Of a stretch of 64,000 nucleotides of DNA, positions 1 to 12,400 are shown in pieces; the stretch's first letter is position 1; each line of letters starts with the position of its first letter. Location of the stretch: positions 1,302,001 through 1,366,000 of the forward strand of contig CM030332.1 in the NCBI GenBank assembly GCA_017654855.1. The letters are read 5' to 3'. This DNA comes from Podospora anserina (lineage: Eukaryota). A program made the translations under genes and the position numbers. The notes beneath the pieces were generated by a model, which saw only the letters and a list, made by a program, of their open reading frames with translations, had not been told where the DNA came from and made no database searches.

Positions 1-375
1 CCCTATACCTACCCAAAGCCTGACCCTGATAACCGCACAAAAAAGAAATAGATATCCTGCCCCAACCACCCAGCAAATAAAACGCCAAAGACATAACACA
101 ACCCTGAACCCCCAAGCTCCTTAAATAATGCTGATAAATGGGTCACTGATTTGCTCAAGACGCCTATCTCCTGGCAACTTTCCGTTGACGCGTAGAGCGA
201 CGCTTGGTATCCTACACCGCTGACTGCTGCTCCCCTTGCTTCTCATCCGCATTACTGAGCTCCAACGCCTTCAGACTTGCATCGCACATTGCGACATCTC
301 CGTCGACATCTTTGGGCAGACGGTTCTCTCGAGGTGGCTGTTGCTCCGGCTGTTGTTCCGGCTACTGCCCCAACT

Positions 376-415
376 GCTGCTGCTGACCCTCTTGCTGCTG
401 CTGCTGCTGCTGCTG
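376..415. repeat. CTG/CAG trinucleotide repeat downstream of the GCN5 stop
   Basis: (CAG)7CAA plus (CAG)4 on the minus strand, in frame with GCN5 as Gln codons. Confidence 0.9.
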
Positions 416-535
416 TGAAGATGCCGATGCCGACGCTGCCCGAGCCGCAACAGTACTGTTCCTCGAACTAACCCTTGTCGGTGGGCGACCCCTCCCACGC
501 TTTGGCTTTTGCTGCTTCTGTGGCTTCGCGCCCAA

Positions 536-1804
<1,269 letters not shown>

Positions 1805-2238
1805 GTTGCGCGCGGCGATTCCGGGATGAAAGCGAGTGAGGGCTGTATATGGGCGACGGCTCAAGCTGTCAAGCTTCTGGCGCCATTCATTTCGATGGCA
1901 AGCGCCGGGGATTGATGGAAGTTGTCGCGTTACCGATTGACGATGGCTCCGATGATGATGCGGAGAGAAGTGGATCTCGGTTCTCGAAGCTGCCACTTGC
2001 TGCGGCGCCTGGCCCCGGCTGCGACTGCAGGGCTGCCCCACCGACAGGGGGCCGCTGCCTGTGGAGAATGGCACTAGTCCGTTTCGGGGTTCGAACACGT
2101 TCCCGTTCTTGAGCTTCAGCTTCACGTCCAGTGAAGCTGTCCCAGAGCTGCTGGCACCGACAGCCTATCCGTACAGGCAATCACCAACTCTGCATCCTTC
2201 ATCTGTCTACTACCACATCTCCAGCACCATTACAGCAC

Positions 2239-2598
2239 ATGGATTCTTCACTGCACGAGGTCTGGCAGGCTGCGTCCGGCTCGCCGTTCACCCCCGCCAT
2301 CGGCAAGGACAACCAGTTTCTCTTGGCCTTCATTCTCCTGGTCCTGGGCTTTGGCCTCAGTGGCGCGTTCGCTCTGAGTATGCTTGCACGCGCACCTCCT
2401 CCGCGCAAACCATCTTGCTAACCCTGACATTGCGACAGACCGGTCTGTAGTGAGCCTCCCAACTTTGGCTGTGCCTGCGTCGTTGTCGCTTGCGTACGTT
2501 TTCCACCCACCTGGTCCAGATCCATAGGGATATTCGTTCTAACATCCAAAAGGGTTGGTGTGGTTTACATGTTCTGTGCGGTCGGGGTCTACGTTTAA
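2239..2598 (+). CDS. OST5: Oligosaccharyltransferase subunit Ost5/TMEM258-like small membrane protein; exons 2239-2377, 2439-2493, 2553-2598
   Basis: Two GT-AG introns with CTAAC branch sites give MDSSLHEVWQAASGSPF...AFALNRSVVSLPTLAVPASLSLAVGVVYMFCAVGVYV*; two hydrophobic helices and the characteristic ..GVYV C-terminus. Confidence 0.88.
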
Positions 2599-2695
2599 GA
2601 TACCCTCGAAATCTGTACCATAATTCTTTCCTTCCCACAAAAGCAATTCGATTCCTGTTTGACATTCCTCATTTCCACCACCCCCACCGACCAAG

Positions 2696-3727
2696 ATGGA
2701 CGCACCAGACCCCCCTATCTTCCGAGCCGTCACCAGCTCAACCAGACTTCTCTATCAGCTACTCAAAGCGATCAATTTCACCAATAAAGTCCACGTCGAG
2801 ATCACCGAGAAAGGAATCCGCTTCTCGACCGACCACGCCAGAGTGATGCAAGGCGTCACCCATTGGGACAAATCTCTCTTTACCTCGTATACCACAAATA
2901 TTCCCGCCCCCGAAGAATCCAACGGCAACCCCGACGACGAAGATGATGCCCCTCCCCCCTCGGTCATATTTCAACTATCTCTACCCGCCCTCTTGGAAAC
3001 CCTTCAGATCTTTGGCGCCGCCGACGCAGCCGCCCGCCAGGCCAGATCAGACATTGACCCCTACCGCAGCACCAACCTCCGCAACTACCGCTCCGACGCC
3101 TTCTCCAACCAGACCCTCGGCATGAGCAACGGCACTTGTTCGCTATCCTACAATGCCGAAGGTGACCCCTTCAGCATCATCCTCGAAGAAGGTAGCGTGA
3201 AGACGACCTGCAACCTCACAACCTATGTTCCTGAAATCCCAGAGGACATCCCCTTTGACATTGAAGATTTGGGATTCAAGATCATCACCCAGGCCAAGTG
3301 GCTGCTGGATGCACTGGCTGAACTTACGCCCGCTTCGCCAGAAAAATTGATAATTACCGCTAGCAAAGCAGCGCCTTATCTCAAGCTTACAAGTGTAGGG
3401 GGTGCTTTGGGGAGTGGTGGGATCGATTTTGCGCAGGGAAAGGACTTGCTCGAGACTTTTTCCGTGAGGAAGAAGAAGTGGAGCCAGGCTTTCAAGTTTG
3501 ATATGCTCAAGGCGGCGAACGAGGCGATGAGGATTGCGACAAAGGTTAGTTTGAGAGGGGATGGGCAGGGGGTGTTGAGCATGCAGTTTTTGGTCGAGGT
3601 GGGGGGGGAGGGGGGAGGTGTGTGTTTTTTGGACTTTAGGTTTGTGCCTTATGCTGATAGGGAGGAGGAGGACGACGACGAGACGGAGTGTGATGAGGGG
3701 GAACATGGGATGGAGGTTGATGGGTAG
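2696..3727 (+). CDS. rad1: 9-1-1 checkpoint clamp subunit, Rad1/Rec1/Rad17 family
   Basis: 343-aa intronless ORF; N-terminal F.A..SSTR.LYQLLKAI.F, central FQLSLPALLETLQIFG, C-terminal KVSLRGDGQGVLSMQFLVE..FLDFRFVP typical of Rad1/Rec1. Confidence 0.9.
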   Translation: MDAPDPPIFRAVTSSTRLLYQLLKAINFTNKVHVEITEKGIRFSTDHARVMQGVTHWDKSLFTSYTTNIPAPEESNGNPDDEDDAPPPSVIFQLSLPALLETLQIFGAADAAARQARSDIDPYRSTNLRNYRSDAFSNQTLGMSNGTCSLSYNAEGDPFSIILEEGSVKTTCNLTTYVPEIPEDIPFDIEDLGFKIITQAKWLLDALAELTPASPEKLIITASKAAPYLKLTSVGGALGSGGIDFAQGKDLLETFSVRKKKWSQAFKFDMLKAANEAMRIATKVSLRGDGQGVLSMQFLVEVGGEGGGVCFLDFRFVPYADREEEDDDETECDEGEHGMEVDG

Positions 3728-5110
3728 TTTGGTGGTGATGTGGTATGGACGGCTTTGGACTGTGGCGGCCAATAAAATGGGGGTTTTTGGTAGACAAGGC
3801 TGAAGAAGCAATAAAGCTTGGTTGAACCCCACGTCTCAGTCTGCGTTTTGTGGGAGAAAGCATCAAGAAACCTTCTGGTGATTTCTTCCGCAACCCCTTG
3901 GGCTTCTATTTGACATTTGAACAGCCTTTCGTTACCAAACAGCAATGGGGATAACTTTGGGTTGTCAGGATGTCGCCAACTCTGGAATCGAATGCTTCAA
4001 GTGGACGGACAACCAGATCATCACCTATGTCATGGCGCACGCCAAAGACGGCTTTGGTAGTTTGATTATCCTTTCCACAACATGGGTTACTGACAGCTTC
4101 ATTTCACAGGCATAAATTTTAACAATCGACTCGGACGAAGCTGGGCCACATGTAGCTGCCGTCGTTGATTACGACGGTCCCAACGGGCTGGTGGCGATTG
4201 ATGGGGAATTCGTAGCGACTGGGTACCAGAAGAGCACGAGCGGGATGCGGCTGCATTTGAGTGAGAAGGTGTACACTATGGGAGAGTTTCCGAGGGTGAG
4301 GTGGATTCATAAGATTACGTGAGGGTTGGCTTGGGGAGTTGAAGAAGGTCGGTCATGCCAAATAGCAGTTTTCTTTTTCTTTGCTTTTCGGTCACGACGT
4401 ATTCATTGAAGGGCTTTACCATGTCAGCATTAGGAGGCCGAGTCGCGCGGGGTCGTCTGCGAGGCTTCTTTCATCATCCGGCGGTAATTGTAGTGGTCGT
4501 ATACTACTTATCCTATCAGAATAATATTCCTTTGTATTTCCGGCAGTATTTCCAAACTCTTCAGCCGGCAGGAAACGTGAGGCTGTGGCACAAGGTCAAG
4601 CGAAGCGTCTGATGTGAGATGTCTAGCGCACTCAAGCTCCCGAAATCACACGGTTTTTTAGCTTGGCTCTTCCAAGCAAGAGGTCAATGATTGCCAGTCA
4701 GCTTACTTGAAGCTTCAAACCACCCCAGAATACTAGGGTAGCGATGACGGAAGATGTGGCGATGGCGGCGTGGAGATAGACAGTGAGCTTGTAAGATGAA
4801 TTGATCCGGGTTGATTGGTCTACTACAACTTATTCAGCAGGCTGCATATCTGGTCTGGCTTATGCAATTCACCTAGATGCGTTGATACACACTGAGCCTT
4901 GGAAATGAGCATAGGGAGGTGTCGTTCAGGGTGGCAGGCAGCTTCGTGAGGCCACGGCCTAGATCATGCTGCTGATATTCAAGACCAAAGAGTTATAAGA
5001 AGGCCCATCGTGCTCATTGGGTCCAATATGAAATCACTACTACTCACAGCTCTCATCAACTCATCAGAATCACATTTTCCCGCCCCCCACGCCCAACCAA
5101 TTCTGCAGTC

Positions 5111-5992
5111 ATGTCATACGTTGAAGCTGCCTCAGGTCAGTACATCTGCTGCACTCCCCAGCTCTGACCTCCCTTCACACTGGGCTTCCAAACTAACCCA
5201 GTCACACAAGGCGGAGTTGAACTCTTCAACAAAGTCGTCGACGCCGTCAAGGGTGCCGTCGGTGCCGTCGAAGAAATCCAAGGCTCCGCCATCAGGATCA
5301 AGCGCGCGGCAGCCGCCGAGGCTCTCAGCGACCAAAACGAGTTCGCCGTCCGCGAGACCATCATCGCCAAGGCCATCGATGCCGTCCACGAGGTAGCTCC
5401 CGGCTGCAACATCCTCATCGTCGCCGACTACGGCCGCGACAAGAAGCACTTCAAAGGCGAGTGGAAGACGCAGCCCAACATCGAGCTAGAGCTTCCCAAC
5501 GGCCAGTCTGCCTTGTATCGTCTTTACATGTTCAACTCTGGCAAGTACGACCGCCCGATGGGCCCGATCTGGGAGGCGAACTATATTCAGTACCGCGGTG
5601 CCCATGGTGGGGATGTCAAGAGGGAGACGCCGGTTGGTTGCATGTACTTGACGTTTCCGGATGGCGATGGTTTGGACCCGAGTGCTGAGGATATTGAGGA
5701 GGAGGCTGATGATGGTGAGCCGATCCCGCCTGAGGGGGATGGGCAGGAGACGGAGCAGCCTGCTGCTGAAGAAGAACCGGCCCAGGAAGAGCAGCCTGCA
5801 GAGGAAGCTGAGCAGCCTGCGGAGGAAGCTGAGCAGCCGGCCGAAGAGGAGCAGCCGGCCGAAGAGGAGCAGCCGGCCGAAGAGGAGCAGCCGGCCGAAG
5901 AGGAGCAGCCGGCCGAAGAGGAGCAGCCGGCCGAAGAGGAGCAGCCGGCAGAAGAGCAGCAGCCTACCGAGGAGGGTGCTGAGGAACAGTGA
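5111..5992 (+). CDS. Uncharacterised protein: ~160-aa globular N-terminal domain plus acidic (EQPAEE)n tail; exons 5111-5135 and 5211-5992
   Basis: ATG 5111; intron GTCAGT..ACTAAC..AAG (5136-5210) splices in frame with ORF 5513-5992; strong codon bias; TATAAG at ~4995. Confidence 0.8.
5789..5974 (+). repeat. Coding minisatellite, 18-bp unit GAGCAGCCGGCCGAAGAG (six perfect copies 5831-5938) with 21-bp and degenerate flanking units
   Basis: Directly visible; encodes EQPAEE repeats. Confidence 0.97.
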
Positions 5993-6815
5993 GAAGTCGC
6001 TGTCGCTGAATATTAGCTGGTGGAACCCATGACTAGTACTGGAATTAGCTTATGCTCTATGAATAAACTTCTGGTTTTGCTTGTTTGTCAACCTCGACGT
6101 CTATGATGTCTGGTTCAAGGGCCGTCGCCTACCCTAACCCTTGAAGGTGAAACGAACCTGAAGTGGCCCAAGCTCTAGACGCCAAACTGAACATCTTCAC
6201 AATCCTCAAACCACCACTACAAGCTTGATTAGAAAGCTGTTTGCATATTCAGGGTTACCAAGGGTCTATCTATATCTCATTGTATCATGTAGTCATAAGC
6301 ACCATGAACTTGGTCTTGAACAAGCTGAACTCCAAACCTCCTGCTTGCCCCGCTCTGACCTAGCTCCAAACCAGCATGAGTGTGATCAAACAGATGTGAC
6401 GGCCGCGACCTGGAGATCGACTCGCCGCCAGTCTGTCCGCCTTTCTGCCTGTTTTGAAAGTAAAAGCTATAAAAGGTCATCGACTATCTGTCTTTATCAG
6501 CAGCCTCGCTTCTAGGTCGAGTCGTGCAGCACAAGAAGCTTGACCAAAACACCAAGACGTCAGGTACCCCGCGATTGCGCCCCTGCCCCCTGTTCGAGCT
6601 CCCCCCTTTTGTACTACCTGCAGCATCATCCCTACCCCGCAGTTCCCAAACGCGGACAACCACCACCACCACGAGTAACTACAACCTTCAAACCACCAAC
6701 CCTTCCAATCCCAACGTCCCAATCCTCCTTTCTGTACTCCAATATCCTCTCTCTTCACCTTATCCCAGGCATCACCGAAACCTCTCCGCCAGCATCTCAA
6801 CCCCAGCCTTCCAAA

Positions 6816-7840
6816 ATGGTCGAACGCCCCAACAAACCCTCCTCCCTCGTCGCAACCCCCGGCCTCCCCCCCCAACCAACAGTCAACTTCTCCGACGACA
6901 ACTCCCTCGTCACCGCCACCCTCCCCACCGGCGAGTCCATCACCGTCCTCCTCTACGGCGCCACCGTCATCTCCTGGAAGGACTCCTCCTCGACAGAAAA
7001 GCTCTGGCTCTCCTCAGCCGCCAAGCTTGACGGCACCAAGCCCGTCCGAGGCGGCATCCCCCTCGTCTTCCCCGTCTTCGGGCCCCCTCCCGCCGGTCAC
7101 GCTCAGACCTCCTCCCTCCCGCAGCACGGTTTCGCCCGGACGTCCAGGTGGGAATTCCTCGGCAAATCCACCAGCGAGAGCTCGGGCGATCAGCAAACGG
7201 GGGACCTGTCCGTCAAGCTTGATTTCGGCCTCTCCAGCGCGGCGGACGGGCTGGATCCAAAGGGCAAGGCGGCCTGGCCGTTCAAGTTCAACCTGATCTA
7301 CAGCGTGACGCTGAACAGGAGGGATCTGACGACGAGCTTGGTGGTGACGAACGATGATGAGAGGGCGTTTGATTGCCAGGTTTTGATGCATACCTATCTC
7401 AAGGTTAAGGTACGCTTCTTTATTCTTCCCGTCTGAAACAGGAGAGAAACGCTGACAATAATGAAAAACAGGACATCACAAACGTTACTATTTCCGGCCT
7501 CGACAGCTCATCCTACGTCGACAAGGTTGACGCTGCCTCGACAAAGACACAGTCGGGGGAGATTAGGATTGAGGGCGAGACGGACAGGGTGTACACCGCC
7601 GATGGGCCGGTGATTGTGTCCGAGGGCGGCAAGACTCTCTTTACCGTCACGAGGGACAACCTCTCCAACGTGGTTGTCTGGAACCCCTGGGTCGAAAAGG
7701 CCAAGGGCATGGGTGATTTCGAGCCAAAGGATGGGTACAAGGAGATGCTCTGTGTTGAGCCAGGGTCGGTAGGCGGCTGGCAGACGCTGGAGAAGGGGGA
7801 TGCGTTTGAGGGAGCGCAGACGATCGCTTTGGGGGCTTGA
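6816..7840 (+). CDS. Glucose-6-phosphate 1-epimerase (aldose-1-epimerase/mutarotase family); intron 7410-7471
   Basis: Motifs LYGATVISWK, LWLS..A.LDG.KPVRGGIPLVFPVFG, LPQHGFAR, LMHTY, VVWNPW..KA..M.DF, MLCVE. Confidence 0.93.
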
Positions 7841-8109
7841 CTGAGGGCTGTTCTCTGAGAGTAGGGAACGATGATATGACCGGATGTGATGATGAATTCA
7901 GCCATGTGATTTTCTTTTTGGGAAGACGATGTGATGTTTGATTTCGGTGTGATTTGGTGTTATTTCTAGACAAGTATAAAACACATTCTAGCACACTGAT
8001 CATTGTTCAAGAGACATGGTGCAAGCCATTGCAAGATAGGTAAAACATAAAATCAAATTCTATCAAGCAAAAGACATGAAACGATATCCAAAAGACGTCT
8101 ATAAACTGA

Positions 8110-10284
8110 TCATTGAAATCCCCGCGAAGGCCCCCCCAGGTAATTAGCCAAGCGGACATCGTTTGCGTGCCGCAGCAGCGCCTCCCGCATCTTCTGGCTA
8201 TACGCCTGCTCCTGAGCCTCCAGCTGCAGCTCCTCTGGGGTCGCAGACTGCTCTTCCCCCTTTTCAAAATCACTAGACCCAAACCCAGGCTGGCTGGAAA
8301 AACTCAGCAGCCCCAGCTTCTCCCCCGTCCAGAAAACCAAGTCATTGTTATTGACCTGGGCTTCGCCACTACTGGACAAAGCCGCGGCCCTTGTTGCAAG
8401 CAGCTTCCGCGCCAGGTCGCCCGAGCCAGGCATCGAGGCAAAAATTGACGGTCCCTCCGTTCTCTCGCTGTGTCCGATTCTGTGCCGGCGCACCTCGGTG
8501 AAGCCGTCGCGTTCGAACCACTTGACGTACCCCATGCCGTCTGCCACGGCGAGGCAAGAGCCGTGGTTGACGACGGACATTAGTTTGGAGCGGGCACATG
8601 TCTGCCGGTTTCTGGCCGGCTCTCCCACAGGTGGCAGGCCGTAAAGCTCCAGAGATCCCTTTGACTTGTACTCGCCGCATGCGATGAGGGTTCTTCCCGG
8701 GGCAGATTTGGACTTTTCCACTTGCTCCAACGAGAGGCGTGCCTGGCGGCGGGCTTGAGAGTCTTCGTAGGAAAAGGGGTAGGGTAGCGATGTCATGCTG
8801 CAGAGATTGGCGCCCGAGTAGACTGTTCCTTTGATGCGGGAAAATTGGCGGCGGTCGTAATGCAGGATGCTCTTGAAGCGACCGGCGACGTAGATGTCGT
8901 CGGATAGGCTGCTGGGCTGGCCTTCTACTGGGAGGTGAAGGATACTCACAGGCCCTGGCTGTGCAAGGGGGACGTAAGGGGGTAGAGGCGAGTCGTCAAA
9001 TAGCTGTCGGTATGGATCTTGGCTGATGTCTTCGGGTTGTACTTTCGTCCCGTCAAAGGCATCTATCGTGTCAACAATATCGGCTCGAGGGGGGCTTCTA
9101 GATCGATAGTCATGAAGGTGAAGGCCGAGGCTTGTGCCGACAGTGAGAGGAACGGCCGAGTTGGCGGCTGATAAAGTCGCGATAGACCACGGGAATGTCT
9201 CACGGTGTATGACTGACAGTGTGGGTAAGTCGACCTCGATAAGGTCTGATACAGGTAGTTGTTAGCCAGTTTCAACCGAAGAAAGTTGGTGACTACTTAC
9301 TTTGCTGTACCGCAAAAAATGCCCTGTGTCTCTGGCTATCCACGCTCACACACTCAGTGACACCAGAATCTATCTGATTAGATCTGGTCTTGGGACCGGC
9401 AAACAAGATGCCCGGTCGGCTACGAGCAACAATGGCACCTCTTTTCGTGGCAGAACCGCCACTGACATGCCAGAGGCAGACACTCCCATCATCTAGGGGA
9501 GAGACTGCCAGTACCTTTCCGTCCAGACGTTCTTCGCCGTCGGGATAGTACAAAGTTACCCCCCTGGTCTCCACAAAATCGGCTGCTGACCTGGACTTGG
9601 TTCCAGTGCCATGAGCGTATGGCGTCTGAAACCACGATACGACTATCGGGCCTTGCCGGCGTATGTATTCATCATACCAAGAGACCTGCTCATCAGGGAA
9701 GATTGGGTCCCAATTGGCCGTGATGCGAACTCGTTCTCTCTCTAGACGTTGCGAACTGCTGAGGCGGTCCCCGTCTACTTCTAAGCCAGAGATGCACTTT
9801 ATCCAAGAGTCTTCATTTGCCTCTCCAGTTTCCTCTGACGAAGCCCTCACACCATTGGCGGCTTGGAGGAGGGCAAAGTTGAGATTTTGCAGCCGAAGAC
9901 GACTACGTAGCGAAGAGAGATAGGACGAGTCTCGCAAACATCTTGCGCGCCAGACGACATCATCACGAGCAATTTTGCTGAACTCGCGGGAGACGCGTTG
10001 GACGGGGACAAGTTCTGGTGGCTCAAGAACTGCAATTTGTTAGCTTCAGGTCAGGAGAGAGGGAGTGAGGTCTTGAAAGAGAAAATGTGGTAGAACCACG
10101 TCAATTCTTCAATCCGCGTGGCAACTTTGGCCGGGCCTGTATAGCCGGATCTGGAGAGCTGGCCGGGTTGTCCACGGCATTGGCGGGGAGGGTGTGGTGA
10201 GCAGCTTGGTAGAAAGTGGACCCTGGACTTACATGACAGTACGTGGAGCAAAAGCTCCTTAGGCAAGCTCCCCAAACTTGCCAT
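8110..10284 (-). CDS. F-box protein with WD40-like C-terminal region; exons 10284-10233, 10029-9301, 9245-8110
   Basis: Spliced N-terminus LGSLPKELLLHVLSFLEPPEL..VQRVSREF..IARDDVVWR is an F-box; both GTAAGT..GCTAAC..CAG introns keep the frame through ORFs 9293-9937 and 8110-8949; SPLDDGSVCLW-type beta-propeller segments. Confidence 0.85.
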
Positions 10285-11399
10285 GACTTCGGGGCTTTCA
10301 AATATAGAATGCCTTGGACAAACAACTCCCCTCCAAAAGAATGAAAACTAGACTAGCATCTAGGAGAATGGGCGCTTGTGGAAGGGCATGGATGAGGCGG
10401 GAAAGAAACAGCTCATTGCACAAGGGAAGAGAGGCATCCTCAAGTGCTTGTGCAACGGGTTCACAGAGACAGGAGAGAGGTCTTTGGGGCGTAGGACTTT
10501 GTTCCAAAGAATCGAAGCTTCAGGAACAAGCCCTCCTGCCCCAACCTAATGCGAACCAGTCTCCCCCACCTGGGCTCGGGAAGTGCCAGGCCCAGGCCCC
10601 ACAACCCCGCTCGGCGTGATACGCCTTCCCACACCACCCAATAGATAAGCCCTATGCCGATCACCCTGCTCGTCCGATAAGGCACCTGTCCCACAATGAG
10701 GCTGCCGCAGCACACTATGCCCGATTCGGCCAATAATCCAATCCAGAAGATTTTCTTATGACGAAGTATCTTTCAACGTCGTTCGGTTTTCTCACATCAG
10801 ACGGCCTCAGTAGAAATTTGGTGTGACATCTACTGCCGCGAGAACAGCACATGTTACCGCACGGGTGTGTTATGAAGCGTGGGATTAGTTGCGCGGTCCT
10901 GCACCGCTGCGTTCCACAATCGAGCTATTGGCAGCGGACCCCCAAATGAAACGATTCCGGCTGGCCTTCAAGGTTCCTACGGCGAGGTGCTGTGATGTGG
11001 GGTCTGATGTTGGTGAACTGTGATGAGCTTGGTGATGCGGATATGTGCGGGAGAGTGCGAGGGAGAGTGTGCAGGAGAGCCAGTTGCTGCCTTGGCCCGC
11101 GGCAGGCCGCTCGTGTTACTGATGGCCTTCGTGCAGGCATCACATGCTACACCCAAAGGCCGATATATAGGTATGTTTGAGAGGTACTGCCGCAATACTA
11201 TATGTATGAAGTCGTTGGATGGCCCTTGTGATCCACTGCCATGCTGATGCCGCACAGCACCGGTTCTTGGGCAACGGCCAAGCAGCCAAGTAAACAAACC
11301 CCTTTTCATACCGATGCAATGGGTATGGATCTTTTATCATCCCCTCACTCCAAGTGTGTGTGCTGGCCTTTGCCTTGAATGCAAATCCTTGTCTTTGAC

Positions 11400-12400
11400 T
11401 CATTTCCTCCTTTTTGCTTTTATTTTCTTGCCTTTCTTACCCGCCCGTCTTTGATAGCATCGTGTAGGTACCTAGACACTATATTTTATACCCACGCTTT
11501 GATCACAGACACTGTGAGCTTAGAGAATGTCTACCACAAGTTCAGATCATAAGGATATAGTGCCTAGATAAAGTCGGAGAATATTATGCATAGGCTCAAG
11601 ATCTGAGCTTATACATACCACTCCCCGAACATCAAATAGATACTATATTCTCTATTTGATCTTAGATAATAGCTACTATAAGCTCAGATGTCATCTTTAA
11701 TAAGTTTAGAATGTAGGGGTATGTCTATCACAGGCTCGGAGGTTACTGTGTATAAGTGTAAAATCTAAGCCTACAGATACTGTTACCGAGCACAAAATAG
11801 ACACAACATGTCATATCCAAGCTCAGATAGTGTCCTTGATGAGCTTAAATTGTAAGTGTAAGGTGTCTGTTACAAGCTTGGGTAATCTTATGCATAAGCT
11901 TAGACAGTGAGGGTGCAAATCTTCCTTATGCTTTAGCTGTGCAGAGGAAGATGATAGATATCTATTTACATGTGTGTTGAAGGGATCTACTCTCTGGGCC
12001 TTATACTGTATAGCCAGACGATGACTTCTCCAAATTCAGAATACAAACGTACTACGTCTTCTTCACCATCATCCACTACCCGGGGTTCCTCTGCTCGCAG
12101 TTGAGTTGGCAAAAGACATTGTTGCCACGAGTTCTATTTGTGGGTGGGCTCCTCGGTGGTTATGTTTGCGATGATTCTATGGAAGTTATGCTCCGGTGGG
12201 TGAAAATCCGGAATCTGGCGAAGGTACGAGTAGTTTCTCCTTGAATCCTGTTCAGTTTGCTAGTGCATAGCTCTCTGGCTGTTCTCAAGGGTAGTGAGCA
12301 CACTTGGTGGGCTTTGCTGGTTGTCCTTGATTGCAGCATGGTGGAGTCCCGGCGTCAGCGGCGCCCAGATTCGGACTTCCCCCTGTGAGAGACTTGAGGA
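11400..12400 (-). pseudogene. Probable RIP-degraded gene relic with internal degenerate ~140-160-bp tandem repeats (11510-11910); boundaries approximate
   Basis: AT- and TpA-rich island with no ORF; blocks 11587-11650 and 11749-11810, and 11680-11760 and 11819-11905, align with mainly transition differences; a minus-strand frame over ~12350-11970 is broken by TAG/TAA stops; possible end AGKKGKKIKAKRRK*. Confidence 0.4.

Noticed and set aside
3725-3775. Readthrough tails after the TAG stops of rad1 (15 codons) and PTA1 (1 codon)
   Set aside because: Short and without motifs, unlike the GCN5 case.
4119-4612. Short ORFs faintly resembling the tail of a HET-domain protein
   Set aside because: Too short and split across frames; no diagnostic motif.
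5831-5956. Regular repeats as a possible CRISPR array
   Set aside because: Head-to-tail coding repeats with no spacers, in a eukaryotic gene.
6130-6143. CCCTAACCCT telomere-like word
   Set aside because: Fewer than two full units; expected by chance.
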